Virus record (IMG/VR): IMGVR_UViG_3300019886_000004
Coordinates: 64,001 to 128,000 of that record
Reading direction: 5' to 3' (one strand)
From: a virus
Length of the DNA: 64,000 nucleotides
Part shown: one piece after another, positions 1 through 13,200 of the stretch
Numbering within the stretch: the first letter of the stretch is position 1
Layout: every line of letters starts with the position of its first letter
Program-made: the position numbers and the translations under genes
The notes under the pieces: generated by a model
Told to the model about the DNA's origin: nothing
What the model saw: only the letters and a program-made list of their open reading frames with translations
Databases searched by the model: none

Positions 1-2
1 AA

Positions 3-3000
3 AGACTTGGTAAAGTACAGACTAAAAGCGTTGAAGATTTAGCTAAGGAACAAGATGAATTAGATAAGGGAAATACAGAAGGTCTTACAGCGTCTGCAGA
101 TGTTAGAGAAAATAGATCATTGATTGGAAATAGAGAAATACTTGAAGCCAATAGAATGTTTGGTGCTGAAATAATAGTTAGAGTTGATGAAATAGCTAAC
201 TCTGATGCGCGAGCTTTATGGACTACATCTGGTATTAAATTATATCGTGACGCACGCAAAGGCGATGGTTATCACGAAGCATGGCATCATTTTTCTCAGC
301 TTTATTTAACTTTACCTGAGAAAAGATCACTCTATGATGAAGCAAGAAAGAAAGGTGTAAACTATACAGATCGTTCTGGTCGTAAACTTAATACTAAATC
401 TGTTTCTGATATTGACCTAGAAGAAATGATTGCAGATGATTTCAGAGATTACGTAGAAAGTAATGGTAAATCAAGATTAGTAGATAGACCTTATCGTAAT
501 AACATATTTAGAAAGATACTCGACTTCTTAAAGAGATTCTTTTTCGGAGATGTTAATATTTCTAAACTTTATGATGATCTTTATAAAGGTAATTTAAATA
601 AATATGAACCATCTATCAATAATGCTATGTGGGGTAAATTAACCTCTAAAGCAGTTGATGGACACGGTAATGAAATAGTTGATAATCAGAAAGCAGCTTA
701 CTATAGAGATATAGTAGATTACTTCATGGGAGAACAATTACTAGCTGGTAATACTTCAGTGGAGTCTTTACGAAAGAATAAAAAACTAGCAGAAGCGGTT
801 TATGGTAATATTTATAACGAACTGGTTACAAGATATTATAACCCAATGCTGGATAAATTTGATGCTGGTGAGGAAATCAACCAAACAGTAGCAGAAGAAC
901 TAAATAATATTCTGACTAACTGGGAAGCTTTTGTAGATTATCATAAGAGAGCTTCTAAACTTTTCTTAAACATCCAACATGAGCTTGCTATAGATGTACC
1001 AGAGAATCCAGAGGATGTAAAGTCTGAAACTGACATATCTGAAGGAGATGATGAATTAAAGAATGAAAGCGATGAACAATTTGGAGAGGATGAAGTAGAT
1101 AAAGATGTAATGCAGAGTGATAAGCTTTATGATGTTTCAGGCAATGAACAATCTTCCATTAATGCAGCCTCAATTCAAACAAGAGGTTTAATAAGAATGT
1201 TACCAGCTATAGATTTTGATAATGGTAACTTTACAATTTTATTAGATAATAATGGATTCCCAAGGCTTAATGACTACGCTAGAACTTGGAATAACATAGC
1301 TTATGAATTATCTGATCTTAATTCTTATGATGAAATGATTAATAAGCTTCGTGATCCTAAAACTTTAAAGAAGATACCTGAAGTAAGTGTACTTCTTAAA
1401 CATCTTCCAAATCCAGACAAAGATCACACACCTAGAGAGATAAATACAATAGCTGCTTTTAGAACAGATTTCAATAGAGCTTATATTGGTATATATTCTG
1501 GTAAGATGAATAATAACGGTAATTATTATTTGAACGAAGAAACTAAAAGAAATTTAGACCAAGTAAAAAAGACTTGGACTGCTAACTTTTACAATAAGAC
1601 TTCAGATGATCCAGATGTAGCTGGAGAAAGGATATTGGTGGATGAGGATAATGGTAAGAACTATTTAAATCCCAGTATAATATTATCCTATAATCCAGGA
1701 GCTATAGCAGGTAAAGAAGCTTTACTAAAATTACTAGGTATTAGTTTTTCTGATGAAGCTAAAAATGATAGATTCTATACTGGACAGTTAAGTCAACTCT
1801 TGGCTGATATACAAACTAATATAAATGAGCGTCATCAAAATGGTCAAAGAATATACAATCCTACATTTGATCTCAGAAGCGATTTAAAGGACAATAAGAC
1901 AGGAGAAGTTATAGTTAGGGGTTTATATGGTGTTCTTGATGGATTGTTTTATTTCCAGTCTAAATACGCCTCAGATGTACCCTCATTATCCTATCAGACA
2001 GCTGAAGGTGAAATGATCTATGGTTTAAGTTTAAATCATACTTTATCTATAGTTTCTAATAAGCTTAACAAAGCAACAAGTTACGATGATATAAAAAATG
2101 ATCCTTCTATGCAACATTTGGATTATACAAATAATCCTTATGTTCTTGGATCAATTTTTCTTAAGAAATTATTCAATTTAAATAAAGGAACTAGATTAAA
2201 AGATAATTATATAATAGTAGGTAACTACAATGGTTTTAAACAGCAGGATGAAGATGGAGATACTGTGGGTTATTCTACTACGAATTTAAATGTACGTCAA
2301 AAAGCTATCTTTGATATTAATTCGCTTTTAACTAAAGGTGTAGTAGAAGTAATGAGAACAGAAAGTTCCAAAAGTGCTTACTTTATAAAACTTCATCATT
2401 ATGAAAAAGATAATGCTGGAGATCCTAGTAAGTCTTATTTACCTATAGGTTTTAGTGAATTACCTGCTGGATTTCAAAGCCCTCGTTTAATGAATTATAT
2501 GATTGATGGTTATTTACATGACGAGTTAAATAGAATGAAAACCGCAGCTAATGTAGATGTTTATAAGAATGATCCTAAACTTATGCAAGCAGCACAAGGT
2601 TTCAATCTATTCAGAGATGTACTTAGGGGAATTTTAGATCAATATGGTAATCTTAGAGCTACTGAAAAGAATGCTGAAAGTTTAAAAGATTCCATAAAAT
2701 CAGATCTTGAAAGACATTCGCCTGATGCAATAATAGAAAAATATAGAGATAGAATCGAACAGGCAATAAATAGGTTTTTTGAGAGCGAATTTAAGTCATT
2801 GAAAGAAGGACTTGAAGAAGAAAACATCACTGGAGATGACATAGCTAAAAACTTACCTAGTAAGTCTTATGATCAGCAGTTACGTACTTTTATAGCTAAT
2901 GATTTTTTACTTAATGTAGAATACACTAAGTTATTTAATGGAGACACGATTTATCAAGCTCATTACAAAGATTATTTTAAAAGATCCAAAGGAGATATAT

Positions 3001-6000
3001 CTACAGGTAAAACTCCAATGACGGATGATCTATTTGCTAGACATATGCGTTCTATTGAGAAAAATACTTTTGGTGCTTTTATTCAATCAACAATACCTAA
3101 TGATTATAAAACATTCAGAACTATTAATTTTAAAGATGACACAAGAGATTCCAAATATATAGAGATATATAGAAAAGACTTACTTGCCGCAGATCCTACG
3201 TTAAAACCTGAAGAAATAGATAAATGGTTAGAAAAATATAAAGGTATGAAAATTGCTGATGGTCAAGGTTATGTAACTTTGGATTTCTATCGCCAATTTT
3301 TAAAATCTATTAATAACTGGTCAGATGCGCAAGAAAAAGGATATCAGGTTGAGCTAGCTAAGTATAGACTCGCTAATAAATCATTTAACACTGACTATAC
3401 AAATGAAATGCAAGAATATGATAGAGAATTCTTAAAAGCTAATCCTCAGAACTTTTCTTATTATCCTCCTCTTAAAATTCAATATAATGGTCCTATAAAA
3501 GCTAAAGGTACAGGAGCAATGGTAATGGATAAGTTTTCTGTTGTGCCCTTAATACCATCCATACTTCAGAACACACCGCTCGAACAAATTCACAATGAAA
3601 TGTTAAAAGCTGGTATTGGTTATGCAAAATATGCATCAGGTACTAAGAAGTATTTACATCCTCCAGTTGAAATTTACAATGAGGACGGATTTCAAGGACT
3701 TGATCTTTCTAAACACGAACCTGCTGTACATTTTTTAGATTATCTTAAAGAACAGATTAATACCAATCCTAAGACTAAATCAGAATCCATATTTGGTTCT
3801 CAAATACGTAAGTTAATTGAAGCCAATATTTTTAGTAACGGTACTGCAGATAAAATAGATTTGGATAGACACGAAAGATATAAAAGTTACATAAAAGGTA
3901 TTATTGATCTAGGTAAAAAAGAGTTATTCAATGAAATAGGACTTTCTGAATCTGAAGGAAGAATAAGAATAGGTGATATGGAAAAGTTTATTTCTACTAT
4001 TCAACAACAAGCTGAACTTAGGGAGCTGAATGATAATATAAAAGATTACATACAATATGATAAAGATACCAAAAAACTTAAATATGCTCTTGAAACTTCT
4101 TTGAATAGAAAACCTATCCAAGACCTTTTAATGGGTATTGTTGACAGAAGGATGAGAGTTCAGAAATTAAGTGGAGATCAACTTATACAGATATCATCTT
4201 CTGGATATCAAGCTAATGACTTTAAATATACTAAAGCAACAGATGAAGAAGTAAAAAAATATGGTACAAACGGTCTTAGATTTTACCACCTTGAATATGA
4301 TGAAAATGGTAAACCTAAAAATATTGTATCATCTCAAGTCAAGGTAGGTTTAAGTACTAATGGATTTGATAAACTTTTAAATAAAAAACATCCAGATGGT
4401 AAAAGGATAAGTACCCTAGAGAGATTAAATGAACTTTTAAGAGATGGCAATTGGCGCAAAGAGAATAAAAAAAGTATAACATTAATAGGTTATCGTATAC
4501 CTACGCAAGGTTTTAATTCTATGGAACATTTGGAAGTATCTGAATTTTTACCTCCTCATGTAGGATCTTCTATAATTGTTCCAGCTGAGATTGTAGCTAA
4601 ATCAGGATCTGACTTTGATATTGATAAAATGTCTATCTTTAGACCATCCTTTGATGAGAATGGTGAGATTATAGACGGAGGATCTAAAGAAGGTTATTCC
4701 AATAAAATTATAAATTTATTCTCAGAAATACTTTCTGATCCTAAAATCTTTAAACAACTAATTAGACCTAATGACACTGATCTAGTTAAACCTGAAACAA
4801 ATGATGTTGCTGTAGCGATAGGTAAAAGAAGTGCCTCTGATATTAAAGATCCTAAGCCTTACTCAGGAACTCAGATTTATAGATATAAAAATAACTTAAG
4901 AAAGTTTGAAACTCTTTTATCCGCTAAGAAACTGTTAAGCATATTTGCTGTTAATAATACATTTAGTACTGTTATGCAGCAGGCTGGTACTACTATGGCT
5001 ACTACTTATGGTCTTGAAAAAGGAGTTAACAGAAATGTTAAGTTATTTTTGATGAGTCCTAAAGAAAGGCAAAAGGTTATCAAAGATAATAGAATTCTCT
5101 TAGGTTCTAAATATTCTGTTGATGGTAATTTCAAGCAAGACTTTTATAGCCAATTAATTAACGCTACAGTTGATGCTGCTTCTGATGACTTCTTTGGTTA
5201 TGTGAATATGTCATATGAGAATGTAAACGTTCTTTGTCATTTAATTAATCAAGGTGTACCATTTGACCGTGCTATATGGTTCTTAAATCAACCAGTCCTC
5301 TTACGTTATTATTCTGACATGCGTAAAAGACAAAGAGGTGTAGGTAAAGACTCTGTTAAGGCAACTATACTAGGTCAACTTACAGGAAAGGATTATTTCT
5401 TTCAGTCAGAGACCACTGGAAGAATGATGCTTGATAGAGCTATATATAATAAGGATATAAACAATATATTAAATAATCCTAAGTACACTAATTTATTCTT
5501 AAGTAAAGATGTACTTAAGAAATATACTGTTAAGAATAAGAATGTTGATGAGTTCTTACAAGATCCTAAGACTAAAACCTATAATGCTATTGTCCTAGCT
5601 TATTTTATAAGTCTTCAAGAGCAAGCTGGATTATTTAGAGATTTACAAAGAGTATCAAGTTACGATACAACTAAAACTTCTAGTCCCACTATTGCTTATA
5701 ATCTATTTGCAGTATCAAAACAAATAGAAGCAAATAAAATGTTTAATGCTGAGGAGGTCAGTAAAATATCAACTAAAAGTATAATAGGAGCTTTTGATAA
5801 TAAAAAATTGGTAGCTACTATCGGTGCGGCTTTGATGCCCGTGGCTTTTAATCCTTATTTTATGTCCAAATCGGTAGCTATAATAAAAAAGAATACTCAA
5901 TATGCTACTAGAACAGCTCAGAAAAAATTCATTAACAATTATGAAACTCAATGGATAGAATACGTAGTTAAAAGCTTAGGTAAAATAGGTGACTATTCTA

Positions 6001-7274
6001 TACCTCAATATACTAGATATCTACAAGAAGGTAAAGGTAGTTTAGCTAGAAGGTTTAATGAGATTATTGGAAAGTATCCAGAACTCAAACAAGACTATGC
6101 GCTGGTTAATAAACTAAGACCAAACTTTCCAAACCAAGTTAATATAAAGAAATCTAATATAGAGGTATACAGGTTATTCGAGAATACCACTGATGATCAG
6201 AATAGATACATATCAGAATTTAGAAATCTAATTAATTTAGATTCTAAAAAATACAATCCACAGCAAACTATAGAAATTCAGAAGTTTTTTAGAGACTTAG
6301 CTATTCTAGGATTCACACAGTCAGGTTTCAATAAAAGTAACATTTCGTTTCAAGATATAATACCTTACGAGCAACTAGCAGATATCTTTAAAACAACTCT
6401 AGATAACTTCAATAAATATATAGCAAAAGATCCAAGTTTATTAGATAGTTACATAAAACAATTTCAGTCCCAATTTTCTAGTAATCAAAAGTCTAATAAG
6501 CAATCATGGAGAGGTAGAGATTACTATCTAACTGATGAAGCAAACAAAGCAATAAGAGCTAAAACAGGTAAACCAGAAGAAGTCAAGAAAGCTCAAATCA
6601 ACGTTCAACCAGAACCAGAAGCTTTTGAAAATATTAAAAAAGTCAAACTAACTGAAACCAATCAACAAGAGCAACTAGCACCACTAGTAAAAACAGAACG
6701 TCAATATTGGCCTGGCGATGAAGTACCTGAAAGCACTAATGAATTAGAAAAAGCTATTGGCAAAGCTCAGTATAAAATGATGATGGATAATTTGAGAGAT
6801 TCAAATAATGATTACTTTTATGATGACTTACCTGATAGCTATACTAAGGAAGATTTTGATAAATACATCGATAATGAAGATTTTATTCTACAAACTAAAA
6901 TAACACCTGAAAACTTTGAAAGGTTTTTACAGGTTTATAATAGATTTGGTGACTCGATAGTTACTGATGATGGTGGAGAATATTCACTGGAATCCTTAAC
7001 TAATAGTCTAAGAAATAAACTAATATTTGATGAAAATGGAAGTAGTGCAATAGAATACCATGATGGAATAAAAAGTATTTTTGAAGAGTATATCAAAGAT
7101 AGAACACCTGATGATATGAAAGATAACGTTGAGAAAATTCTTGGAGATTATGGACTTCTTAAGTTTAGAGACTACAATTCAAATCAACCTAAACTAGAAT
7201 TTCCAAACGAATCTGAAGGTAGATATTATACAGATGAAGAATATAAAGAAAAGTTAAAAAACTGTAAAGGATAA
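3..7274 (+). CDS. Virion-packaged (crAss-like) two-barrel RNA polymerase with zincin-like domain; 5'-truncated by window
   Basis: KSGSDFDIDK catalytic loop, YRIPTQ (RxP) and DGQGY motifs; HEAWHH zincin motif near the N-end. The frame is open from base 3, so the TTG at 120 is probably not the true start. Confidence 0.9.
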   Translation, partial: RLGKVQTKSVEDLAKEQDELDKGNTEGLTASADVRENRSLIGNREILEANRMFGAEIIVRVDEIANSDARALWTTSGIKLYRDARKGDGYHEAWHHFSQLYLTLPEKRSLYDEARKKGVNYTDRSGRKLNTKSVSDIDLEEMIADDFRDYVESNGKSRLVDRPYRNNIFRKILDFLKRFFFGDVNISKLYDDLYKGNLNKYEPSINNAMWGKLTSKAVDGHGNEIVDNQKAAYYRDIVDYFMGEQLLAGNTSVESLRKNKKLAEAVYGNIYNELVTRYYNPMLDKFDAGEEINQTVAEELNNILTNWEAFVDYHKRASKLFLNIQHELAIDVPENPEDVKSETDISEGDDELKNESDEQFGEDEVDKDVMQSDKLYDVSGNEQSSINAASIQTRGLIRMLPAIDFDNGNFTILLDNNGFPRLNDYARTWNNIAYELSDLNSYDEMINKLRDPKTLKKIPEVSVLLKHLPNPDKDHTPREINTIAAFRTDFNRAYIGIYSGKMNNNGNYYLNEETKRNLDQVKKTWTANFYNKTSDDPDVAGERILVDEDNGKNYLNPSIILSYNPGAIAGKEALLKLLGISFSDEAKNDRFYTGQLSQLLADIQTNINERHQNGQRIYNPTFDLRSDLKDNKTGEVIVRGLYGVLDGLFYFQSKYASDVPSLSYQTAEGEMIYGLSLNHTLSIVSNKLNKATSYDDIKNDPSMQHLDYTNNPYVLGSIFLKKLFNLNKGTRLKDNYIIVGNYNGFKQQDEDGDTVGYSTTNLNVRQKAIFDINSLLTKGVVEVMRTESSKSAYFIKLHHYEKDNAGDPSKSYLPIGFSELPAGFQSPRLMNYMIDGYLHDELNRMKTAANVDVYKNDPKLMQAAQGFNLFRDVLRGILDQYGNLRATEKNAESLKDSIKSDLERHSPDAIIEKYRDRIEQAINRFFESEFKSLKEGLEEENITGDDIAKNLPSKSYDQQLRTFIANDFLLNVEYTKLFNGDTIYQAHYKDYFKRSKGDISTGKTPMTDDLFARHMRSIEKNTFGAFIQSTIPNDYKTFRTINFKDDTRDSKYIEIYRKDLLAADPTLKPEEIDKWLEKYKGMKIADGQGYVTLDFYRQFLKSINNWSDAQEKGYQVELAKYRLANKSFNTDYTNEMQEYDREFLKANPQNFSYYPPLKIQYNGPIKAKGTGAMVMDKFSVVPLIPSILQNTPLEQIHNEMLKAGIGYAKYASGTKKYLHPPVEIYNEDGFQGLDLSKHEPAVHFLDYLKEQINTNPKTKSESIFGSQIRKLIEANIFSNGTADKIDLDRHERYKSYIKGIIDLGKKELFNEIGLSESEGRIRIGDMEKFISTIQQQAELRELNDNIKDYIQYDKDTKKLKYALETSLNRKPIQDLLMGIVDRRMRVQKLSGDQLIQISSSGYQANDFKYTKATDEEVKKYGTNGLRFYHLEYDENGKPKNIVSSQVKVGLSTNGFDKLLNKKHPDGKRISTLERLNELLRDGNWRKENKKSITLIGYRIPTQGFNSMEHLEVSEFLPPHVGSSIIVPAEIVAKSGSDFDIDKMSIFRPSFDENGEIIDGGSKEGYSNKIINLFSEILSDPKIFKQLIRPNDTDLVKPETNDVAVAIGKRSASDIKDPKPYSGTQIYRYKNNLRKFETLLSAKKLLSIFAVNNTFSTVMQQAGTTMATTYGLEKGVNRNVKLFLMSPKERQKVIKDNRILLGSKYSVDGNFKQDFYSQLINATVDAASDDFFGYVNMSYENVNVLCHLINQGVPFDRAIWFLNQPVLLRYYSDMRKRQRGVGKDSVKATILGQLTGKDYFFQSETTGRMMLDRAIYNKDINNILNNPKYTNLFLSKDVLKKYTVKNKNVDEFLQDPKTKTYNAIVLAYFISLQEQAGLFRDLQRVSSYDTTKTSSPTIAYNLFAVSKQIEANKMFNAEEVSKISTKSIIGAFDNKKLVATIGAALMPVAFNPYFMSKSVAIIKKNTQYATRTAQKKFINNYETQWIEYVVKSLGKIGDYSIPQYTRYLQEGKGSLARRFNEIIGKYPELKQDYALVNKLRPNFPNQVNIKKSNIEVYRLFENTTDDQNRYISEFRNLINLDSKKYNPQQTIEIQKFFRDLAILGFTQSGFNKSNISFQDIIPYEQLADIFKTTLDNFNKYIAKDPSLLDSYIKQFQSQFSSNQKSNKQSWRGRDYYLTDEANKAIRAKTGKPEEVKKAQINVQPEPEAFENIKKVKLTETNQQEQLAPLVKTERQYWPGDEVPESTNELEKAIGKAQYKMMMDNLRDSNNDYFYDDLPDSYTKEDFDKYIDNEDFILQTKITPENFERFLQVYNRFGDSIVTDDGGEYSLESLTNSLRNKLIFDENGSSAIEYHDGIKSIFEEYIKDRTPDDMKDNVEKILGDYGLLKFRDYNSNQPKLEFPNESEGRYYTDEEYKEKLKNCKG

Positions 7275-7278
7275 ACCA

Positions 7279-10200
7279 ATGAATCAATGTCCGAATTTTT
7301 CCGATCCGAAATATAAGTATCTAGAAAATAAACTAGGTGAGCTTGAAGCTTACAAATACTGGCATCAACATGGTGGTGATATTTCTCACGTGTTAACTAA
7401 TCAAGATAGATTAAAGTTAATTGATAGATCTAAAGAATTAGTTAAATATGTACAAGGTGTTTATAGTCACGCAGCTAAAGAAAATCCTGAACTATTTCTA
7501 AAGGAAATAGCAGATCAACTGACAAGTTCTAAAAATGAAGCAACTACAGCCAGAAAAATAGCTGGAAACGAGCTTTCAAATATTGCTTTACAACTAAGAG
7601 CTTCAGAAAATCTTACTCCTAAATCAATTAATGTTACTATGAAAATAATAGGAGCATTAAAACAAGATAAGTCTAATCCTTCAATAGTAGGACCATTGCA
7701 AGCTAAAGGTTTAGTGGGTAAAAGAGTAGCTCCTTTAACATTTGAGATACCAGTTGATCCAACCAACTTCAATTTAATGGATCAGCAAATAAAAGCTACC
7801 AAGGTTGCTCAGCAAATTAATAAACAAGCTGGTAAGGAAGTAGTAACTACAAAAGTAGTTAATGGTAATGCTGCAATATTAGTTGACCCCAATATAAAGA
7901 GTATAATAGATAAACTTGATCCTTCAGATTTTACAACTTACAAGCAATATCTAGTTGACAATCTTTACACGAGTAAAGACAATCCAGCCACAACAGATTT
8001 AATAAATAATGCCGCTAAATTATCCAGAGAGTTAGGTAGAGACGATCTAGTTAACGTGGCAAGACTAATTTATAAATATTTAGATAAAAATCCTACTCTC
8101 AAAACTAGAATGGTAGATGATATATTTGAGGAGACTGGAGAAACTGGTATAAAAGCTTACTATAACAAAGGTACAAATAGTATAACTTTTGGTAGATCTA
8201 CAATGGGACAGAGTACACTTGAGTACGAATCTGAAACAGTTCTTCACGAAATACTTCATGGTTTAACTTTTCAGCCGTGGTTTAAATCTAAAGTAGATGT
8301 ACCTTTATCTCAAGAAGAAAAAGATTTTAAACATGTTGTAGAAACTTATTATAGTTATTTCAAGGGTAAAAAAGGAGCTGAAGGTTATGCTTTCACTAAT
8401 CCTGAAGAATTCTTAATGGGTGCACTATTTGATAAACCCTTCCAAGATCATTTAAAAGAGCTTGGTGGAGATACTGTTAAGGGATCTCCTTTTGTACAAT
8501 TTCTAAAAGATATACTTAAAAGATTCTTAGCTTTATTCGGAATTAAATCCAAAGACGAAATAGTAGATAAATTAGACCCTGAGAAAATCCAATCTTCTAT
8601 GATTGAAGCTTTGTCTGATTATTTAGGTAAGATGAAGAAGATTGATTTATTTAACGGACTAAAAGAAGAAGGTAGAAATTATGGTCTTAGTTTTGCTATA
8701 ACAGCGCAACAGGATTACTTGAGTGAATCTGAAAGACTTAAAGCTGAACGAGAAGAAAGAGAAAAGATGAAAGCTTCTCTTGGTGATAATCTTAGAGAAC
8801 AATTAAAAAAGAGTATTGATAAATCTATACTTTCCATAAAATCATTCGGATCTAACATTCGAAAAAGAATACCAGAAAGTCAAGAAGGTTTTAAAGCTAT
8901 TTTTAAGCAATTAAAAAAACTCGAAGATCCGGCTTATAATTTAGACCAAATAGACTTCTTCTTTGATTTTACATCTGAGATACAAGCCATTATGAATGTG
9001 GCTCATGAAAAAATTAGAAAGTTACAGTCCGATACCACTATAAATGATCCCGACGTTAAACTAAAAGAGTACGAAGATATAGTATCTGCGGCTAGAAACT
9101 TTGATCCTATTTTAAATGAGATTCAGAATATAAAGATTCAACTGGAGAGTCTAGGATATAAAGCATCGTTAGTTGATCTAGATGATATAACATTAAAAAG
9201 AGACAGGATAGAATCTATCTATAGTATGGGTGTATTTCCATTAGTAACAGATAAGTTTGTGGATATTTTATCTCCTTCATCTAAACAAGCAGTAGAAATG
9301 TCTACTACTAGAATTGATGAACTAGATAAAAGAATAGCACTTGCTAATAAAAATAACAATAAATCACGTGTTTTACAACTAGAAAGAGAGAAGAAAACCG
9401 AACAGTCTAAGATAGATAAAGAATTTACACTTAGTTCAGATAAAGTTAGAGATTGGTTAAGAGGTCAAATGGGTGACTCTAATATCTTACAGGTTTGGTT
9501 AATGGCTGGCGTGTCAAATTCTAATCCTTTAGTATCTGGCTTATCTAAGTATATTAGAGATAATGTTGGAGAGGCTGCACCTGCAGTACTTGAGCTTATG
9601 AACACTATGCAATCCAAATTAGAGGATTATGAGTCTAAAACAAATAGGTCAAGAAATAATATACTAGAATTTAATACACCTTTAATTCAAACTCATAAAA
9701 TTATCAATGGTAAGGATGAGAAAGGTGAATATACCTATGAGGATAAACGCTCTCTTTTACATGAATTTAATGGTGGACATATTCAAGAACTTCAGAAGTT
9801 TAAAAGACAGTTGACAGACCTTTATGCATCCAAAAGAGAAATAGAGAGTACTGCTAATCCAAATGAAGAAAATCTAAAGTTTCTTACTGATAGAATTAAA
9901 GAAACTAAAGATAAACAAAGACAGTTTATAAGAGATTACATGGAGCAACAGTATACTACTGAAGTACATGAAGCTTTAGACATGCTCCACGAGGATTTAG
10001 GAGGCTATACAGCCTGGGATTATATGGGACCAGTACTATCTAGAATAGAAGATACAGAGCTTGCCATTGACCAGGAGAATGATCCTGCTAGGTTAGCTGA
10101 TTTATATAATCAGTTAGATGGACATAATATAGAGTTCTCTCGTCTTGGTTCTTTATATGAAAAATCACCTGATAGTAGAGAGTTGAAAGTAGCTGAACAA

Positions 10201-13200
10201 ATAAAAAAAAGAAGAGAACTTTTAGGTAAATATAGTCAATATGTTCTAACAGACAAAGGTAAAGTTCAATTTGATACTCAGTGGGCAAGAATGAAAAGAA
10301 AATTGTCTAAAAATGAAATAACTCCTGAGAAATATGAACGTTGGTTGGAGGATAATACTGTAACCGAAAATACTCCAGCTTTCTGGGATGCAAAAAATGC
10401 AATCTTAAAGGATCTTAATGACCTGTATTTAGAAATGGGTGTTGAGAATAAGAAGGATGAAAATATTGGTAAACTCTACAAAGGTATGGAAGATATTACC
10501 AAGGCACATAGAGATTCTAATGGTATAATAAATGGATCAGAAATGCCTGATAAAGAATTAAAAGATGTTAAAAGTTTAGAAGAACAAATTGAAAAAGCTA
10601 AAGATGATTTAGCTAACATATTCGGTTTGACAAGACTTGAAAGAGTAAATATATCTAATCTAAAGAATCAAATTGATGAGATTGGATCTATGATGTATTT
10701 CGAACAAGATCCAGATAAAAGACAGAATCTAGTAAATTTAAAGGCTGATATTGAAGATCAAGTTGATGAAATAGAATCTAAGAAGAAAAATATTAATAAG
10801 AAACTATTGGATAAATATTTTCTTCTAATGAAAAAACTAGGTGAATTAGAAGAAGGTAATGTTACCAAGTATTATTTAGATGAATCACAAGAGAGATTAG
10901 AGCAAGAAACAGCTAAAGTAGATACTTCTAAAATGCCAGTTAAAATGATTATGAATGGTAGAACCTATCAAAAATCAGGTAATGAATGGTTGGAAATATC
11001 TGGAGGTAAAATAGAGAAGAGAGATATAGCTTTCGTAGAAAATATATTTAAAGAAAAAAAAGGAAATGTAAACTATCTTAACTCTGACTGGTATAAAACC
11101 AATCATGTAAAAAAGATGAAGTTTGTTAGAAATGCGGAATACATACCTGGACAGTATGATGTAGCTGCTGGAGATTGGCAAGAAGTAGAAGAACCTACGT
11201 ATGCATGGAAGCAAACAAGACCAAGGGATTCAAACTACATAAACGAAAATCAACCATCTTTTAAATATAAAACCAGGCAAATTAAAGACCAATATATAAA
11301 CAAGAATTATAGAGAAGATATTAATGGAGACTTGAGACCTAAAGTGAAAGGAGTTAAAGATGATAGATTTCTTAATAAGGATTATCAAAGACTTATTAAC
11401 TCTAATAGTTCTCAGGATACTGCCACAGCTAATATGTTAAAATATTTAACAGATACTTATTATAAAGCTCAAGAAGGTATTCCAAAAGGTCTTAGACCAG
11501 GATATGAATTACCTGGAATAAGAAGAACAGATACAGAAAGATTGATAGGTCAAAGTTTGAAGAAATCTAGTCAAGAAATGTTTGAATATCTTGGTCAGAT
11601 AGCTAGAAGTATTAAAGATAAAGCTGTAATTAATGAGCAAGATAAAGATATTTTATTTGGATACAATGATGACTTTAATGGAATAGTTCCAATTAAATTT
11701 CTAGGGGATATTGATTCTAAGGATCAAAGTATAGATTTACCCAAATCTATTTTAACCTTTGCATCTGAAATGTTAAAACGTGAGCAATTAGTTAAAAGTT
11801 TACCTTTTGCAAATGCAGTTAAAGATATTGCAAATAATTCAGATTATAGACCTGTTAAAACTAAGAAAGGTATAGTTGAATCTGTTAAGAGGAAATTTCT
11901 ACCAAAGAATACAGAAGTAGCTAAAAGGTCAGATACAAGTAATACTGCTTTGCAAATTAATGAAATAATAAAATCAGAAATATACGGGGAACAGATGAAA
12001 GATCAACCAGCTGCTAAATTAGTGAATAGTTCACTTAGATTAGGAGCGGGAGCAATGCTTGGTTTAAATTTTGTATCTTCTGTACAGAACTATGCTAATG
12101 CATTTACTCAATCTATCATTGAGACAGAGAGTAAAAATAAGAACTTTGATATGAAAGGTTTCTTTAAGGCTCAAAAGATTTATTATGCTCATGTGGATGA
12201 ACTTATGAGTGATCTAGGTAAGTACGGTAATAAATCTTATATTAACCAATTCTTTGATTACTTTGGTGGTATTAATTATAAAATATTTGGTAAAAATCAT
12301 AAGACATTGGCTCATAGCAAAGTAGGAGAATTTACCAAATCTTTATCGGTGCCTAATACTATAACTGAACATATGCTTAATTATCATATGGGTATAGCTA
12401 TAGCTTTGAAATATAGAGTATCTGATGGTAAAGGTAATATGGTGCCAATATTTGACGCGTTTACTAAAAAAGATGGTAAGCTAGTTCAAAAAGAAGGGTT
12501 TAATATAACAGAGGAAGAAAGAAAAGAACTTATAGCTAGACTTAATAGCTCTGCTAGAAGAATCAATGGTGAATATGGAGATAAAATATTAGCAGATAAA
12601 TATGTTTTAGGAAAACTTGTTTCATTCATGAATAGATATCTAGTGCCGTTTGTAGTAAAAAGGTATGGTGCTAGAAAATTTGATATTCAAGATGGTCAAC
12701 GTGATGAAGGCTATTGGAGATTATTTGGTAAAATTTTAATACAAGATATTAGAACTAAATCTGTTCCAATACTTGGACAATGGAAATATTATACAGCAGA
12801 AGAAAAACAAGCCATAATTAAATCAATGACTGAGCTTGGGTTTACTATCATGTTTGCTTTAATGATTCATGCTTTAGGAGGAGATGACAACAAACAAATT
12901 AAAGATAATAGTATTCTCACTAATAACCTAATATATGCATTAAAAGGTATACAACAGCAAAACGAGGCTTTTATGCCTGTGCCAGGTATAGGTTTTGATG
13001 ATCTTTTTAGAAAGATACAAAATCCTTTTCCAATACTTGGTAAAGTAAAAAATCTTGTTTCTTTAATTCAGGATGGCTCTCATACAGCTTGGTATGAAAT
13101 GGGATTGCCAGGAGTGGATGAAAAGGATGTGAAATATATGCAAAAGACGGGATGGCATAAGCCAGGAGATTTCAAAATGTTTGCAGATTTTCAAAAATTA

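Noticed and set aside
2639-11214. Short - strand ORFs within the two giant genes
   Set aside because: Antisense shadows of long coding frames with no motifs
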